Below are positions 32,152 through 47,651 of a stretch of 64,000 nucleotides of DNA, one piece after another. Below the pieces are notes generated by a model. It was not told the origin of the DNA. It was given only the letters and a program-made list of their open reading frames with translations, and searched no databases. Within the stretch, counting starts at the first letter, position 1. The number at the start of each line of letters is the position of its first letter. Location: positions 2,728,001-2,792,000 of the forward strand of contig CAVNZM010000015.1 in the NCBI GenBank assembly GCA_963693365.1, read 5' to 3'. The stretch comes from Amoebidium appalachense (lineage: Eukaryota > Protista > Ichthyosporea). Made by a program: the position numbers and the translations under genes.

Positions 32152-33597
32152 ATGACCGACAGATATCCTCTTTACGTCTGTCTGATGTGCGTGCTTGTGT
32201 ACACCCATGCACTCTGCGTGTGCGTGTGCGATGTGTTGTGTGTGTGTCGGTGTGTGCGTGAGCAGTTGTAAGCCAGGTGTGTGCACCCATAGGCTGCACG
32301 TGCATGCGTGGGAGAGTGCGTGTGTGTGTGCATCCGTGCTTGTGTACGTTTCGGTGTGTGAGTGATCGTGCGCGTGCACGCGTAATTTTATGCATGGTTG
32401 TGGGCATGCCTGCACATGCAGACGTTGCTGCACGCATGCTCGCCTGTGTGTGCGTGCGTGTCCGTGTTGTGCGGCCGTTGCCTCAAATGTCTTGCCTCCT
32501 TTCCGTCGTTTGTGCGTGCGTGGTGTGTGCGAGGTCTCCGTTTGGTTCGTAAGGAGATATCTGATTCTACCAGAGAGTAAGTGTGTTATAGATGCCTGGT
32601 ATGCCACTTGTGCTTGCAGTTTTATTCTTACCTGCGTGTGCTGTGGCTTTTCGCTTTGTCTGCTTTGCAGACAGGTTATTCTGAACAGAACGAGCATGGA
32701 GCACTGAGTCTCTAACATACTCATGCACATTAAATTTGAAGTACGCCTTTTATTTTATGTATATGCTCGGTTTGAAGCCCATGGGCTCAATGTCTCTTGA
32801 CACACGTTATTTGCACGTTAATATGAGCTACCGCCCTCCTTTCATGTGCATTGGGTTGCCACAACAATATCGTCCTTTCGGAACCTGAAATGAAGTTAAC
32901 ATCCTTAACCACACCTTTACTGACGAGCCCAAGTTTGGGTCTGACGCCGAGGCGGCGGCCTACTGGAAGAAACTTTACGAGGACAAGGAGGATGAGCTGC
33001 AGGAGTACAAGCTGACCAGCGCAGAGCTGGAGACTGAGCTCGAGGCGGAGCTGGGTGTGTGCTTGTCCCCCCCCCGCCCCCCCCTCCCCCCCCAAACTTC
33101 TGCCTTCCTCCCCTCCCCCTCCCCCATCTCCCCTCTCTCTCTTTCCCCCTCCCCCCCCCTCCCCCCCCCCCCCCCCCCCCCCCCTCCCCCCTCCCCCAAC
33201 CACCACCACCAACCACTATCACTACTCCCACCCATCCACCCACCCACCCTCCGATTCAATCACCCATTCACTGGCTCCCCTACTTCCTCAAAAACCCCAA
33301 CTCCTCTTCGCCCCTCCACCCACCCTGCATGTCACCATCATCACTTGTATTGCTTTAGAAGCTGACACCCAAGAGTAACTTTCTGGATGTAGGTGCATGG
33401 ATTTGGGCTTTTCGTTTTTGTAGTTCTGCACCACCGGACTTGCGGGATAAACAGGGCTGTGTGTGGCGAGTTGTGTTGGTCCGTGCATGTCATCGGGTGC
33501 GTGGGTGAGTGCTTGCCGTTGGCCGTAGGGGTTGTGGCGGTGGCGGGAGAGGGGAGAGAAAGCTGGGGCTGAGCGTAGGGATCGGGTAATGGTTGAA

Positions 33598-33639
<42 letters not shown>

Positions 33640-34218
33640 GGTGGTAGTGTGTGTGTGTGTTGGGGGGGGGGGGGGGGGGGGGGGGGGGCAAGCACAGTAT
33701 GTGTGTGTGTGGGGGGGGGGGGGGGGTGGCAGTGGTGGGGGGGGGGGGGGGGGGGATATGAAGGCAGGGTGGAGTGAGTTGGGGAAGTGGGGGGAAAGTG
33801 GAGGAGGAGAGGGGATAAAATTGAACACTCGTGTTCAGCTGTTCTCGTGCTCACATCTGCAAGCCTGCTCTCTCATATGTACATGTGTGGCATGCATGCA
33901 ACTACACGCTTGTGCAGTTATAGAGCCCGTGCAAAGCGATAAGAATTTAGGCGGTCTTTATTTTACGTATTGGAGGATGGGGACGAAAGACACAATAAGG
34001 GTTTGTGAGTGTTCTTACACTATCTTTTATTTCTTTTTTTTTCTTCTTTATATTCTTTTTTCCCCCCTTTCTTTTCCCCCTTGTGCAGACCAAAAGGATG
34101 GGCAACTGAAGGAATTGAGGCGGCAGTTTGATCGGATGGAGAAGGAATATGAGACGACAAAGGTGTGTGTGTGTGTGTGTGTGCGTGCGTGCGTGCGTGT
34201 GTGCTTGCGTGTCTCTCT

Positions 34219-34261
<43 letters not shown>

Positions 34262-35487
34262 CGCGCGCGCGCGTGTGTGTGTGGATATGCATGTTTATGG
34301 AGATAGTGGTGATGGTTATGTGTACGTCTGCGCGCGTGTGTGAGCATGCATGCCTACCCTGCATGTTGATGTGCTTGTGTATGTGTGTGGTCCAAGCAGG
34401 GGGGGAGGGGTGAGGGAAGGGGGGGGGGGGGGGGGGGGGGGGGATCCCCCACACGCCATGCCCCGGGGGAGGGTTGGGGGGGGGCAGGGGGGAGGGCACA
34501 CACACCAAATGCACCGGTAGCCCTGTAAATACATTTCAGAAATAATCGTAACACACTGCATACTGAGATACGCCGGGCAACCATATGCGCTTGCACGGAC
34601 ATGCACACACGTTGGCGTGCACGATTAGTGTCCATGGGAGTCTTTCGCGCATGCACACACGAATGTAGAGTGCACACCAAGTTGCACACGAACAGCATGT
34701 ATTCACCTACAGCTGCACTAGCACAGCCACCCACCTCTCCACCCACTCGTGCGCGTATTCAGCTCTTTTTCACAGCCACACCACTGTACACACGATTCCA
34801 TGCACATACACAAATTTGTGAGCGAGGGGTGTGTGGAACGGGGAATAGGGGGGAGGGGAACAAGGGGGTAGTGGTCTTTGGATGTTGTCAAATGCACAGT
34901 GCTTTGCTTGTGTGTGTGTGTGACGTGTGGGTATGAATGCAAGCAGGACTGGGGGCCGGCAAGTGGGCAGGCATAAATGTATGATGTGTGTGCGCGTGTG
35001 GGGGCTGTGCGTGCGCCGATGTACAGATGTGTGTGAGGGTGGGGTTGAGGGGCATGCAGGTGGATGGGTGTACATGTGTGCATGTGTGCAGTTGGCAGAT
35101 GGGAGGGTGTAAATGTGTACGGACAGATGGGCGGGTGGGTGCTGGGGTGTATTTATGTACATCTGTGGTTTGCATGCATGCAGGCTTTCATGTGTGCATG
35201 TGTGTGCATCACACGTGTGACCTGTATGGGTATGGACGGTGGGTTTTCGGTGTAGGTACGTGGGTGCCTATGTGTAATTCTAATCTGTATCCGCCCTCTC
35301 TCTCTCCCCCTCCCCCCCCCCCCCCCCCCTTCCCCCTCACACACATGCGCGGGCACAATCCCCCCCACACACATGCGTGGGCACACACACACACACACGC
35401 ACACACACTTTCGCACACAACACACACACATTCTCTCACACACACACACTCTCTATCTCTCTCACTCTCGCTCTCTCCGGTCTCCCT

Positions 35488-35519
<32 letters not shown>

Positions 35520-35536
35520 CCCCCCTTTCTACTCCG

Positions 35537-35570
<34 letters not shown>

Positions 35571-35793
35571 CTCTTCTTTTTCCCCTCTCCCCCTTTCCCT
35601 TCCTCTCTCTCTCTCTCGCATTTATTCGGAATGGGGAGAGGTGTGTGTGTTTATGGTGGTGGTGAAGGGGGGGGAGGGGGGGGGGGGGGGGCGGATATGC
35701 ATAGTCATGATGGGGTGTGGAGGGGGGGGGGTTTTGGAGAAAGGGAGGGAGGGGGTGGGGAGGGAACGAGAGCCAAACCAGAAGTCCCTAACA

Positions 35794-35824
<31 letters not shown>

Positions 35825-35888
35825 CTTCCCTGCCCCCCCTCCCTCCCCCCCCCCCTCCCCACACACACGCCCGCGCGCGCGTGCACAC

Positions 35889-35929
<41 letters not shown>

Positions 35930-37026
35930 AGCGACTTGCAGCCGTTCAGCGGGAGGGCAACACGACGATCAGTGCGCTACAGGAGGAGCTGACGGTGCTC
36001 AAGCAGGACCACCAGCAGCTGATGGTCAGTGTTAGGAAGCTGGAGCAGAGGAACGACGACGTCGAGAGGAGCGAGAGGTAAAAAGAAAATGAAACAATAA
36101 TATTAATATCTTTAATGATAATGATGGTTAGAGGTGAGGGGAGGAAGGAGGGGAGGAGGGTAGGGTGGGTGGTTGAGGCGGGGGAGGGGGAGGGGGGGAG
36201 GGGGGGATAGGGAAAAGAGGGAGGGGGGAGGGAAAGGGGAGGGGGGGGGAAGGGTGGGTGGGTGGGTGTGTATGGGTTTGATGTGGGGAGAAAGGGATGG
36301 AGGTGTCTGGAGTGTCAAAAAGGGGAGGGAGGGGGGGGGGGGGGGGGGGGGGGGAGGGGGGGGGGGGGAGGGATAAGCATGTGGGTGTGTGGTTTGGGAT
36401 GAACAGATCGAGGGGGAAGGTTGTGTGGGTGTGGGCATGTGGGTAGACTGAGGGGGAGAGGGGAGGGGTGGCAAAAGGGAGCGGGGCCCCCGTCGGGGGG
36501 GGGGGGGGGGAGGGAGGGGGCTCGTGGTTTGATGCTTTGACTTGTGTATGGTTGCACGTGAGCATGCATGTTTCCTGCGTGTGTGCGTGCATTCACGTCT
36601 CTTATGTTTCGTTTGCAGCTATAGGTATGGGTGCGGGTGTATGCAAAAATAAGAAATAATTGCCCGTCTTTTTTTTTTTTTTTTTTTTTTTTTGGTTGTT
36701 GTTGTTGTTGTTGTTGTTGTTGGCGAAGTGCTGGACTGCGCAAGAGTCCATATCTCCACCAATCTCACACGTTTTCTTTTTTCTTCCAACGCAGAGTGTA
36801 CCAGTCGTCCGTGGATGACCTTGAGGAGAAGCTAGAGAAGGTGGTGGAGAGAAATGCATTTTTGGAGTACGAAAACAACGCATTAGAGATAGAGCTGCAG
36901 CACTTGAGGGAGGAGCTGAGGGGTGCGTGTGTACGTGTACATGTGTGTGTTTGTGTACATGTGTATGTGGGGATGAGTTTCGTGGGTAGGTGGATAGGTG
37001 TGGGGCTGAAGGTGGGTGGGTGGGTT

Positions 37027-37090
<64 letters not shown>

Positions 37091-37506
37091 GGAGGGGGTT
37101 AAGGGAGTGGATTTAATTGGCTGGGTGTGGGTGTTGGATACTTTGATGTTCTTCTCTACGTGCCGATGGGCATTACATCCCTCCGTACATTCGATCCCCC
37201 CCCCCCCCCCCCCCCCCCCTTCCCCTCCCCCTCCCCCTTCGTTCCCCCGTCCTCCCTTCCCCACTGCCCTCAAAGCTGATTGTCGAAGAAGAATAAGCGG
37301 ATGCTGACAGGTATTTTGCCTTAGGACATGGGTCATACCCAGCACCAGTAGCTGGTATCAACCTGATAAGAGCCTGGGTGGGAGAATGATGACTGACTCC
37401 TGTGCAACCCCCTAACTCAAAAACCCTCCCTCTCCCCTCCCCTCCTGCTGCACACACACACTCACACAAATAAGCACACACACACATACACCCGCTCGTA
37501 AGCACA

Positions 37507-37579
<73 letters not shown>

Positions 37580-37700
37580 ATACACACCCATACACAAAAT
37601 TCTTCCCCCACTCCTTTTATCTCCCTCGCTCCTAACCCCGCCCCCCCCTCCCCCTTCGTCTCCTCCCTTCCACACACACACACACACACATACACATACG

Positions 37701-37780
<80 letters not shown>

Positions 37781-39048
37781 CCCACCTTTCCATCAACACA
37801 CGCACACACACGCACACCCTTCCACACCTACCCCCCCCCCCCCTCCCCTCTCCCTCCCCCCCCTCCCCCCCATCCACTCACATACACACACACCCACACA
37901 CACACACTGCCACCACAACACAGACTCTCAAACCGAGCTTGCGGTTCTCAAGAACCAACCGCGACCGCCATCCCCCCAGCCCATGCACATCGAACGCCAG
38001 CGCACGGGCAGCGAACCACCCACTCTCGCGATGATGGGAATAACATCTAGCGGAAACGTTGGAAAAGAACAGGAGGCTGGACCGGGACGTATGGCTACAC
38101 ACGAGGAGGAGGCGCAGGGTGCAAACAAGGCGGAGAGTGATAGCGGGAGGAGGAGGTCGGGTACGGCGCTGGGATTGGTGAATGACATATTGCTGCGGGT
38201 CATGGTATGTGCAAACTTGCAAATACACAAATACACCATTACATGCTCAACAAATGCGCCAACCTCCAACACACACACACACGCGCGCGCGAGCGCGTGC
38301 GAGCGCACCCACGCACACGCATGCATGTATGTGCAGGCGACACACGCGAGCGCACACTTACACACACACCACCACCGCATACCAAGTCCAACCCACTTGA
38401 AACGTCGTGTTCATGCACACGTGTGCGCACCTCATCCTCCCCGGAAACACACACATGGTACCTGCCCGGCCTGTGCCCACACATACAGACACACACACTA
38501 GGGGGGGGGGGAGGGGGAGGGGGGGGGGGGGGAGACAGTAGATCCAGATTGTGTTTCGCCCACTGTTTCGACATTCGTTTCTCCCTCCGCACACAACATC
38601 AGAGCCTTTGTACTGCATGATCACTAGGCTATACCTAAGAAAACAGGCAAAGTAAAACACAGGCAGGACCACGTGGTTGCACAAGCACAACTACTTCCAT
38701 TCCTTTTGGACTTCACCTTAACCCCCCCCCCTCCCCTCCCGCTTGCCTTATAATCCATCCCCCACATCGACCCCCCCCCCCCCCCCTAACCACCAAATTT
38801 CACCACCACAGAGTCTAGAAAAGCGCCTTTCATCATGCCGCAACTTCATCAGACCCACCTCGACACCCTCCGAACCCTCGATCTCGGAGGATGCTGCCAA
38901 GGAATCCACCACGACTCTAGGGAGCCAGGCGTCACAGGAGACGCCCATATCCCCTCTTAACCAATTTGTAAGCATGATTAAGAATGGACCGGCAGCGGGC
39001 ACACCAATCAAAAGGGACAGCATGAGCAACCCTGCTACGGCGTCATAG
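32152..39048 (+). CDS. nudE: Nuclear distribution protein NudE / NDE1-NDEL1 homologue (dynein/LIS1 regulator)
   Basis: Exons 32152-32162, 32921-33054, 34089-34162, 35929-36077, 36795-36922, 37924-38204, 38812-39048, all in phase: [23 protein letters not shown]...[20 protein letters not shown]...[16 protein letters not shown]...[10 protein letters not shown]...[17 protein letters not shown]...[25 protein letters not shown]. Confidence 0.93.
32163..32920 (+). other. U12-type (minor spliceosome) AT-AC intron
   Basis: 5' end ATATCCTC, branch point TCCTTAAC at 32902-32909, terminal AC at 32919-32920. Its removal joins ATG ACC GAC AG|T GAC GAG in frame with NudE. Confidence 0.88.
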
Positions 39049-39656
39049 GTGTATGCTGGTGTTATTGGAAATGTTCATGTGTGTTTTTAAATATTGTTTT
39101 CTGGTGGGTTTGAAGGCGGGGTGTGGGAGTGTAAAGCTCGTGGTGGTGGTGGTGTGGGGGAGGGATAGGGAGGAAGGTATGGAGCCCGGGATAAGGCTGG
39201 GATGGTGATGGTGAAGGAGAGTGGGTGAGGCGGAGGTGTGTGTGTAGGGGGGGGGGTAGGATGGGGGGAATGGTGTGTGTGATTTGCACGGAGTTTGTTT
39301 GGCTAGGTGGCCAGCAATATGAAACGTGTGGGGCGGGTTTTGTACTGGGCACACTCAAGTATACGCGTGCACACACAAACATACATGATATACGTGTATA
39401 ATGGGTATGTATTTTAGATGGGTTCGCATTGTACGGCCTTTTTTATGATTTAAAACTTTAAATGATTCTAGGCTTCTCGTCTTGGAGTACCAGCACGATC
39501 CATGGTGTTTCGGTGTAGCCTTTCAATGCGACTAGCGAGTGTATTATGACACACTTGTGGGCGTGCTAGCATATTATCTTCATCTGTTGGTAAAACAGAT
39601 GTTTGTGAAGGACATGCACACACGCACATATGCACAAAACTTAGCACACGCACACA

Positions 39657-39693
<37 letters not shown>

Positions 39694-39849
39694 TCAAGTT
39701 ACCTGTTTTTTGGCACACGACCAATATGCATTGTGGGAGCCATACCAAATGTTGTACACTGAATCGCAGACCACACTGAGCAAACACGTGGGGACTCGGG
39801 TAGTACATGCACGAACACACACACACACACTCACACACACTCACACGCA

Positions 39850-40132
39850 CACAAGTCGGAGGATCCGCAGAGACACTGCAGCAGGTCTGCAGAGGTTTAT
39901 TGGAACATAAAACGCATTTGGCAGTGGTAGAAACCCATTGGCATATGCATAATGGTTGTAGCAAGCACAGACCAGTGAAAAACCTGTATGTCAACACATT
40001 GAGGCTGCTGAATGCACAACCACACACGCACACACACACATACACGCGCACATGCACACACACGCACACACACATACATACACTCGCACATGCACACACG
40101 CACACACACACACACACACACACACGCACATG

Positions 40133-40169
<37 letters not shown>

Positions 40170-41339
40170 ATGTACAGGCACACATGTACACACACACATA
40201 CACGTGCGCACGCACACACACGCGTCTGCACACGCACACACAACACACACACACAAACACAAACAGACACGCACCCTTTCATACGGTTGCTACAGTGCTC
40301 GTTTTGTTGTCCTACCCGTGGATGACCACTGCTAAGTCTACGATTATGACCCCCCTCCAATCCCCCCCTCCTCCCCCCCCTCCCCCCCCCCCCTTAGATA
40401 ATGTAAGAGTAACAATCTTAAGGATAGCGAATTGCAATGGTCAACCAGCAGGAAACCAAAGCAGATAAAGATCTATTAGTAGGATCCTCAGAGACTACAC
40501 GTGTTGCTCCTGTCACTCATATCTGTGATTTAGGATGAAGATATAGTCCGACGTTCTATTAAACTAGAAAGATTAATTTATTCTCAAGAGTGCGCTAGGA
40601 AATTTAAATCCAGATACTTACCAAGTTCCTACACAATCACATTACAAGTTTGCACTGTTCAAGTAGTACAAGTTTTATAAGTACCTTAGGTTCCATACTA
40701 TTCATACTAAGCAAAAAATAAGGCATGATTGTGGGACAGAATTCAGTGGTGTGACTTATGAGTGCCTTTCTGAATGGTCGTAGGTTCACGCACATGGATG
40801 CACGCAACTGGCCAGTTTGGTACTTCATAGTGGGCATTTTGTGTATTTATCGGCAGCAATGGAGGGGGCAACCCATTCTAGCAGGAAAGTTAACGGCTGC
40901 ACAACCGATGCTAACTTTCGAGTTCCCAAACATGTGGGCACTCTTACCAGGCGTACGAAGGCAAGAAGTCTTAAAGTGGTTTGCCCATCTTCACAGTTGA
41001 TTCAGCAACCTTTAATTATAACTCGAAGTATCCTCTCTTGATTGTGGGACAACAGCTTAGTGCACATTGTAAAGTACATTGTTTTTTTTTCCATGGAGAA
41101 TTCCCCCTTAAAGCAGTCTGATCAGAAAAAGGAGAAATATAAGCCACTGACATGAATCAGCAAGAGAGATTTGGACCATCAATAATCTAGAGGGGCATGC
41201 ATTTGCGTCCAGCCTTATAATGTGAAATGCTTGGCGGCCATGGGCCACGCAGCCTGCTGACAACAGCATATTTCACGTGCCCGTGTGCTGCTGCACAAGT
41301 ACATATACATGCACACACGTGTGGGCACGCACGCACGTG

Positions 41340-41424
<85 letters not shown>

Positions 41425-41431
41425 CCGTGTG

Positions 41432-41494
<63 letters not shown>

Positions 41495-41882
41495 CACACA
41501 CACACACACACACACACATACACAGGCAGACATGCACACTCACGGACACGGTGAAACTTTATTCAGACGTATTATTGCGACCTTGCTCCATTCGCTCGAC
41601 TAGCAAGGAGTAATGGCAGTTCATGTTCGTTTCATTTTTTATTCTTATTATAAGTATAATCATTATATTATTATTAGTATTCAATGTGACGATTATTATT
41701 ATTGTTATTGTTATTATTGTTGTTGTTATTATTATTATTATTATTATATAGTATTATTATTATTTTTATTTTATTTTTTTTGGGGGGGGGGGGAGGAGGG
41801 GGGGGGGGGAGGTTTGCGGGCCAAAGTGTAGTCCAACCTGAAATCATGGCACCCGGCCAAATTTGTTGGGGGGAGGGGGGGG

Positions 41883-41914
<32 letters not shown>

Positions 41915-42193
41915 TAGCAGAGAGCATATTTTCCTTTGTGCCCACAGTCTTTGAAGTGTCATTGTGTGTGCACCATAAATCTTGGTAAACGTAAAATAGT
42001 GTACTGTGGCAACGTGTGGGGAGGTTGGCTAGAGACCGGAATAAAAAAAACTAACATGTAGTTCCATGCCATGCACAAACACCTTGCCAAAGCCCCGCCG
42101 AAAGTGGTGGTGGTGGTGGTGGTCGTGGTTGTGGTTGTGGTGGCGGGGGCTTTTATTTTATTTTATTTTTTTTTTTTTTTTTGCCCGGTAACT

Positions 42194-42226
<33 letters not shown>

Positions 42227-43004
42227 GGGGGGGAACACACAAATGAAGGAACAAATTTTTCGCTTCTTAAGCATAGATGTCAACGGTGTAAGCTCTCCGT
42301 CCCCCCCCCCCCCCCCCCCTCCCCCCATTCCCCCCTCATATTCCCTCCCTCTGCGCGGGAGGCGTCATCTCCACGTATTTCACATTCGTTTCTTTCAAAA
42401 ATTGACTTTAGTTTTCTCGCCCCTTCATCCGTGAGGCTCTTTCCCATCACAGACTGCAGGTGTGCAGAACATAAAAGCAACAATGCAAGCAGCCATGATG
42501 TTATCGCTGACCAGCCCAGCCAAATATGGCGTAAGTGTTGACGAATTGACCAATGAGCTGTAATCTGTCCCCCCCCCCCCCCCCCCCCCCCTTCCCTCTC
42601 CCTATATCTCCCTCCCTCCCTCCCTCGCTCGCTGTCTCTCTCCGCCCCTCCCTCTCCCTCTTCCTCTCCCTCTTCCTCTCCCTCTTCCTCTCCCTCTTCC
42701 TCTCCCTCCCTCCCTCCCTCCCTCTCCCTTTCTCACGGCTATGAAGATTCCTTCCTCTCACACTCATTACACACTCTGATATTGTGTTTCGTCTTCTTGA
42801 TAGTCGCAACGGCAAGAGTGTCCATGTGGACAAACTGGCCAATGAACAGCCACTGTTGGTTCCTCCAAAAGAGCGATTATTCATGGTGGTAGTTAACAGA
42901 ATCTTGGCGTGTGCTTGCAGTAGTAATTTATTGATTCATTTATTTATTTATTTCATATTTACTTGTTTATATATTTATATATTTATTTATTTATTGTTTT
43001 TTGT

Positions 43005-43040
<36 letters not shown>

Positions 43041-45124
43041 AGGAAGTTATTGTCTGCAGGTCGTCATTTCAAAACTTGGAATGCTTCTTACATAGTGCAT
43101 ACCATTGGATGTTTGCGTACAGCTACAGCTGGGTGTTTGGTGTTCAGTAGTGCTGCACGGAATTTTTTCATTCCCAAGTCAAAGAAAATCGTAGTGGTGG
43201 TGGTGACATGTTAAATTGTTTGTGTGTGTTTCTTCTTTGTTCTCTCTTTCCCTCCCCACCCTTTTTTTTTTTTTTTTTTTTACTGGGGTCTGGGGGGGGG
43301 GGGGGGGGGGGTGTGGGGGGGGGGGGGGGGGGGGGGGGGATGTGATCTCACACTTAAGCTTCAGCTTTCTGTTTGGGGCGACCTTAGTGCAATTATCGGA
43401 AAGGCAGCCAAGACTACCATTCAACATTCCCGAGTCCTTGTAGCACGTATGCTATTAGCATCCAGGCTGCAGCGGTACAGTCATGAGTAAGTAGGTCATC
43501 CCCACATATGACTGACAGCACTGTGACGTTTTTTCTGTACAGAGCAGTTCCACTTGATTGTGGGACAGTAAAATGTCGCGCAAATCATCCCGCGTATGTG
43601 CGCATGCACGCCTTTAGTACATGTTAGCCAGTAATTTTTGATCGTGTGGATGTGTAAGGATTTGTGGGGAGAGAGGGGACTCCGACGAGCAACTTGAACG
43701 CAAACGAGGCTTAGCTGGTATGAGGATGGTGGTAGTAGTTTGGTTTTCTCTTCTCATGTGCTTATGTTTACAGTGTGCGTGTGTGTGCTTATGTTTACAG
43801 TGTGTGTGTGTGTGTGCTTATGTTTACAGTGCGTGTGTGTGTGCTCATGTTTACAGTGTGTGTGTGTGTGACTGTGTGTGTATCATTGTACACGGACGGG
43901 TATGCACCCACACACATTTCTGCTGGTGATGGGGGGAGGGGGGGGGGGGGGGGGGGGGGGGGGAAGTAAAAAAAAAAACATCTGCCACAGTTTAGTGTGT
44001 GTGGAGTAGGCTTCCGTTCCATGTCTATCCCCCCCCCCCCCTCCCCCTCTTTTTCTTTGTTCGCTCTCTCCAGTACTTCTCCCGTTCATGTCTGTTCTCT
44101 TTTCCTCCCCTGCTCCCCCCCCCCCCCCCCCTCCCCCCCGCCGGCCCCCCACTTTTCCCCCCAAGCTTTGCATTCCCCTTTTCTGAAACAGCCATTCCTT
44201 TAGTTAGGGTTGCCTGTTAGTTAACACGTTTTACAAGCACCGCTTTCCTCCCCAAAGGCATCTGGGCGTGGGTGGTTTATGTTGTTTTACGTATAATTCA
44301 CGATCAAAATTTTTGATTAGCCCCACAATCAAGCGCGCAAAAAGTATGTACAACAATATGGTCTTAACGGCACTGGTCACCCAACCATGCCTCCACTGCT
44401 GCAGCCTGAATGCTAAACACGGCGTCATGCGCTGCACATGCTCATAAACATGCCCTGCCTATGAGGTGCACTGGACCATGTCTGGCGCCTGGCAAGATTG
44501 GGCAGTCTTCCAAAGTGTTGCGAAGGTCGCCTCATAATCTGAAGCTGAATATGAAGTGTATGTGCGACAGTGTCGGAATCCGGGCACAGTATGAGCTTAA
44601 GTAGGCACATACGTGTTTGTGTATTACTGTATGATCTCGAGCTACTTGACCCCCCCCCCCCCCCCCCCCCCCCCCTCCCTCCCCCCAATCCCCCTCACCC
44701 TCCCTACATAAGGCCACAGCCACCACCACCAAACCTCCTCCCCCCTCCCCCGCCCCCCCCCTCCCCCCGGACCCACCCATACACCTAAACAAGCTATTGG
44801 AGGCTGGTCGAGCAAACACACGGAGTCACATGCGTGCTTTTTTGTACCCAGATACTACATAGTCTGCCCTTAGCTCTCAGCCCCATCCCAGTCTGAGATT
44901 TAAATAGCACAGCATAGAAATATCAGACAAATCTGTTACAGTATGTAACCCCTAACCTCGCCGCCAACACCAAACTAAAAGCATAAAGAGAAACGAGGAA
45001 GGATGTACATGTAAGGGGAGGTGGGGGGAAGGGAGAGCGGAGAGACAAGGGGAGGGGTAGGGGGTAGAGCAGGGGTTTTTTTTTTTTTTTGGGGGGGGGG
45101 GAGGGGGGGAGGGGGGGGAAGAGC

Positions 45125-45213
<89 letters not shown>

Positions 45214-46662
45214 AGGGAGGGAGGGAGGGAGGGAGGGAGGGAAGGAGGGACCAACACTGATGCATTAATATTATCCAGAAATTGCCTTTATAGGCTGCAC
45301 GGATACACCTAAATCTGGGCTGGCCCAGAAACAGCAGCTCATTGGTCAGTTTATTCCCCCAGCTGTATGTGGTTGCATGAGTGATGCCCCAGGCCTCCCC
45401 CCTCTCCCCCCCCCCCCCCCCCCCCCACCCCCCCCATCCCCTCCCCCCACCCCCCCCCTCCCTTTTCCCCCACGGGCATACGCATACGCGCACACACATG
45501 CGCGCGCATGCACGCTCGTGCGCGCATGCACATACACACCGTCGAGACAAATGTACACACACAGACACACACTGAGAGACACACACGCGCACCAGCACGC
45601 ACACACATCAATCAGAGGATCAGCCGAGGAACTGCAGCAGCAGGTCTGCAGGCGATGACAGAACAAACTATGCATTGGCTGTGGTAGGCGCCTATATACG
45701 GAATGGCCGCACGGTAGCAAGCACAGACAAAAAACGAACAAGCTGAATATACGTACCCCTTCACCCCGCAACAAACACACTGCCTTTCTGCAGTTTCTGC
45801 TGCTGTAGTGTCCTATCCTGGAAAGAACAAATTTCAGGCTACCATCATGACCCTCTTTCTGTCCCCCCCCCCCCCCCCCCCCCCCCCCCTCCCCCCCTTT
45901 TCCTTAAAAAAAAAAAAAAAAAATTAGTAAGCAAATTAATAAAAAACATAAAAAATAAAAATAAAAAAGTAGCTGAGACGAAGGTGAAAACAACACCGTC
46001 ACCACCGCCACCACCAACACCACCCTATCACCGGTTAAAGGGCCTCGTTTGTGTTCCTCCCCCCCCCCCCCCCCCTCCCCCCCCTCCCCCCCTCCCTCAA
46101 AAAAAAAAAAAAAAAAAAAAAGGGAACATTGAAACAAGGAAAAGACTCCACACACTGTAAACATAAGCACACACACACACACACTGTAAACATAAGCACA
46201 CACACACGTACGTGGCTAGTGGCAACCAAACATAGCAAGAGTGTGGACAAACTGACCAATGAGCAGCCGCCGTTGAGTCGCCAAAAGATCGGTTATTTAT
46301 GGTGGTATTAAAAGCACTTCTTGGCGGATGCTCACAGTGATTAATAAATTAAAGTTTATTTAATTTTATTTTCGGGGGGCAGGGGATGTGGGGGTGGGTG
46401 GGTGGGTGGGGGGAGGGGGGAGGGGGGGGGGGGGACGGGGGTGAAAGGGGGGGCTGAAAGGTGGATATTGGCTACAGATCGTCATTTCGAAACTTGAAAT
46501 GCTTATTAGTGCATGCCATTGCGTGTTTGCGTACATAGTCTACTGGTTGTATGATTTTTACTAGTGCGGTGCGGAATTCTTCTCCCAAGTCAAAGAAAGC
46601 TGTAAGGGTGATCGGTGGTTCGTAAAACTGTTTGTGTGCGTTTTTTTCCTTCTTTTTCTTTG

Positions 46663-46694
<32 letters not shown>

Positions 46695-47267
46695 CATCCC
46701 CTGCGGAAGGGGGGGGGGGGGGGGGGGGGGGGGGAGTATCTCATATTTTAGTTTCGTGTTTGGGGCGACCTTTGTGCAATTATCAGAAAGGTAGCCAAGA
46801 CTGCCAGTGCACTCAATCTAACCAGGGCCTGCAGCACATGGTGCTATTTTTAGCTATCAGGCTGCAGTGACATGGGCATGGGCAGATCACCCAACCATGA
46901 CATTAGTGTGATCGTGTTTCCTGTGCAATAGAGTTCTAGCATTTGATTGTGGTAAAAGAGGATGCCCGATGCAAAGAATCACGAGAACGTGTGTTCATGA
47001 AGCCTTTAGTACTTGTTACACAGTAGTGGCGTGGATGTTGAAGGGATTTGGGCGGGGTGGGTGGGTGGTTGGTTGGGAGGGGGGATGGGGGGGGGGGGGG
47101 GGGGGGGGGGGGGGAGGGGCAACTTGAATGCAATTGAGAGGACGAGAGGGTGGTGGTGGGGGTGGTGGTGATGGTGGTCGAGGAGGAGATTTTTTCCTTC
47201 CTTTACTTTTTTTTTTGCTCTTCTTTTCAAAGTTCCTTTTTTCCAGTTTTTTTGTTTTGGGGGGCGG

Positions 47268-47313
<46 letters not shown>

Positions 47314-47608
47314 CGGGGTCCTGTCAGTGATCACTTAACTTACATGTGGCCTTTTCTGCGCCCGTGGCCAGAACACCCCAACTGCAGTAAATGCAAACAG
47401 ATGTGTATGTTGCACACCGTGGAGGGGTGCGATATTATTGGCATATTCAGCTTGCTCATTTTTAGTCTTTGCTTGCCACAGCCAGTGTGCATTTGGGCTT
47501 CCACAAGTGTCTATTCATTGTTTGTTCTGTCAACGCCGGCAGACCTGCTGCAGTGCCTCTGCCGTTCCAGCGACACGTGTGTGTGTGTGTGTGTGTGTGC
47601 GCGTGTCT

Positions 47609-47651
<43 letters not shown>

